From Hemiscyllium ocellatum (lineage: Eukaryota), in NCBI RefSeq assembly GCF_020745735.1, contig NC_083404.1, positions 37,137,731 through 37,201,730 of the forward strand: DNA of 64,000 bases, given 5' to 3'. A program made the position numbers and the translations under genes. The notes under the pieces are model-generated. The model had not been told where the DNA came from, did no database searches, and saw only the letters and a list, made by a program, of their open reading frames with translations. Shown here one piece after another: positions 62,621-64,000 of the stretch (the stretch's first letter is position 1; each line of letters starts with the position of its first letter).

Positions 62621-63586
62621 CTCCCAACATGTTTAGCCTTTGTTCAAAGTTATACTTTGAACAAAGGCTGTGATCTGGAATGCGCTGACTGTAACATCTG
62701 TGGAAACTAATTCAATTTTTGAAAAGTAGGAATAGATAAAGTTATGACGAGTGAGCAAAGGAGACCCGCCAACTGGATAGAAGTGGTGCGTGTATGATAG
62801 ACCTAATACCTTCCTTCTCTAATCTATCATCCTGTAATTTTACCCGCGCCCCTTCCCAATTGACTTAACACTTATGCTTCCCTGGCCGCTTTCTTTGTTG
62901 AAAGATACGAAGTTGCCCCTTTCCTTTCTTTAAGAATTTCCTCGAACCAACGGTAATTAAGTTAAAGTGATCAACGCATGATAAGCAACTTTTAAAAGTG
63001 CGTCGACCCGCCGTAATATTGAAGCTGAACATGAATTAAATGCAGGTCTTTCCTCATTTTGGCTGATCGGCAATGAACGGCCCACCTTCCCGGCCTTTTG
63101 AGAGGCCCACCTTCCCGGCCTTTTGAGGCTCGGGTCCACCACGTCGCCTCTCAGTCCCTCTCACCTGCGCGGGCAGACCTACACCGGACAGCTCGCCTCC
63201 CCTTCCCACAGTCCTCCCCCGTCCTGACCTATCAAGTTACCCTCGCTTTATTCCAGAAATCAATTACTGCTCCGATGTCATAGACATCCACTAGCCCCTA
63301 AAGTGCAGATTTATGTACATTCTAAACAGTTTGGGACCTTAGTCATGTTCTTAACGCTGCTCCAAAATAACGTACCTTCAATCTGAAAGTCGAAATTTTG
63401 TAAGGAGTATATATAAATTCATATAGGCAAAATATGGTGCATGTTCGAATCTCAAACGAACACAGAGAATGGAGGAGAAACTCAGCGTGCTTTGTGTATC
63501 ATAAATTCACTGCTTATTCCTTTATGTTGGACTTTGCCCATAGAGGCGACACTTGTGTGAGAGCAGTGAACGATTCGAACGGGAAA

Positions 63587-63668
63587 AAATGAGGTCTGCA
63601 GATGCTGGAGATCACAGCTGCAAATGTGTTGCTGGTCAAAGCACAGCAGGTTAGGCAGCATCTTTTTT
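63587..63668 (-). mobile_element. 82-bp Penelope-type terminal fragment with 15-bp TSD GATTCGAACGGGAAA
   Basis: TSD 63572-63586 and 63669-63683; insert is homologous to the 61986-62189 arm and its tail. Confidence 0.85.
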
Positions 63669-63986
63669 GATTCGAACGGGAAACTAAGTTCCTCGTTCAT
63701 CTTCGGGTCCCACTGTATCTCCCCAGTTTCTAGAGTTCCATTCCCAACAAATTAACAAATTCCCAACAACCTGTCGCCACTAAACGTCCCTTTTCGTGCC
63801 TCCCTGAAGCAGAATGTGAACTATTCCCGTGTATGATTAAATTGCTAGATTTGAAGACTCACAGGGACTCACAGTTCAGTCCCAGCACCGAAAACGGAAG
63901 ATTTTTAAAAATCAGTTTGCACAAATTGCAGGGTGTATAGCTGCAAGGGAACATGACCCCGGGATGAGCAACAAAATCAAACTCAC

Positions 63987-64000
63987 CCGTTACAATGAGC
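63987..64000 (-). CDS. TRGJ: 3' end of a TCR gamma J segment (..LIVT + phase-1 donor); rest lies beyond the window
   Basis: Minus strand G CTC ATT GTA ACG G|GTGAGT; LIVT is the canonical J terminus and the G joins AA of the C exon to give E. Only 14 nt visible; no FGxG or RSS in view. Confidence 0.75.

Noticed and set aside
63800-63896. RSS-like CACAGTT-11 bp-CCGAAAACG as a pseudo-J
   Set aside because: Spacer 11, weak nonamer, and the adjacent minus-strand sequence lacks FGxG and a donor.
1-64000. tRNA genes, CRISPR arrays, rRNA
   Set aside because: A/B boxes belong to tRNA-derived SINE heads; no repeat-spacer arrays or rRNA-like sequence seen.

Overview
Vertebrate genomic DNA from a cartilaginous fish: the HE1-type V-SINEs, (CTATGACT)n-tailed CR1 LINEs and protein sequences are shark-like, and a carpet/bamboo shark is my inference. 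Two genes lie tail-to-tail, as in mammals. (1) STARD3NL/MENTHO on + (CpG-island promoter about 0.6-1.2 kb; 7 coding exons 3411-20787 that splice in frame to 229 aa; probable non-coding terminal exon about 28.4-31.25 kb). (2) The 3' end of the T-cell receptor gamma locus on - (last 14 nt of a J segment at the window edge, C-Ig exon 61547-61867, connecting-peptide exon 60351-60425, TM/cytoplasmic exon 56699-56865, polyA signal near 56.3 kb). Much of the rest is decayed retroelements and DNA transposons. Most unusual observations: an EIF6 first coding exon with splice sites and intron start fused to the 5' end of a CR1 LINE; a palindromic Penelope-type insertion carrying a (mutated) hammerhead-ribozyme core with a perfect 15-bp TSD about 100 bp upstream of the Cgamma exon; a uORF whose stop overlaps the STARD3NL start (ATGA); a 79-bp locally templated insertion; two RUNX/MYB/E-box clusters that are candidate TCRgamma enhancers; and a CpG-retaining domain over the TRG side of the window. 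All coordinates and alignments were made by eye; repeat boundaries are approximate.
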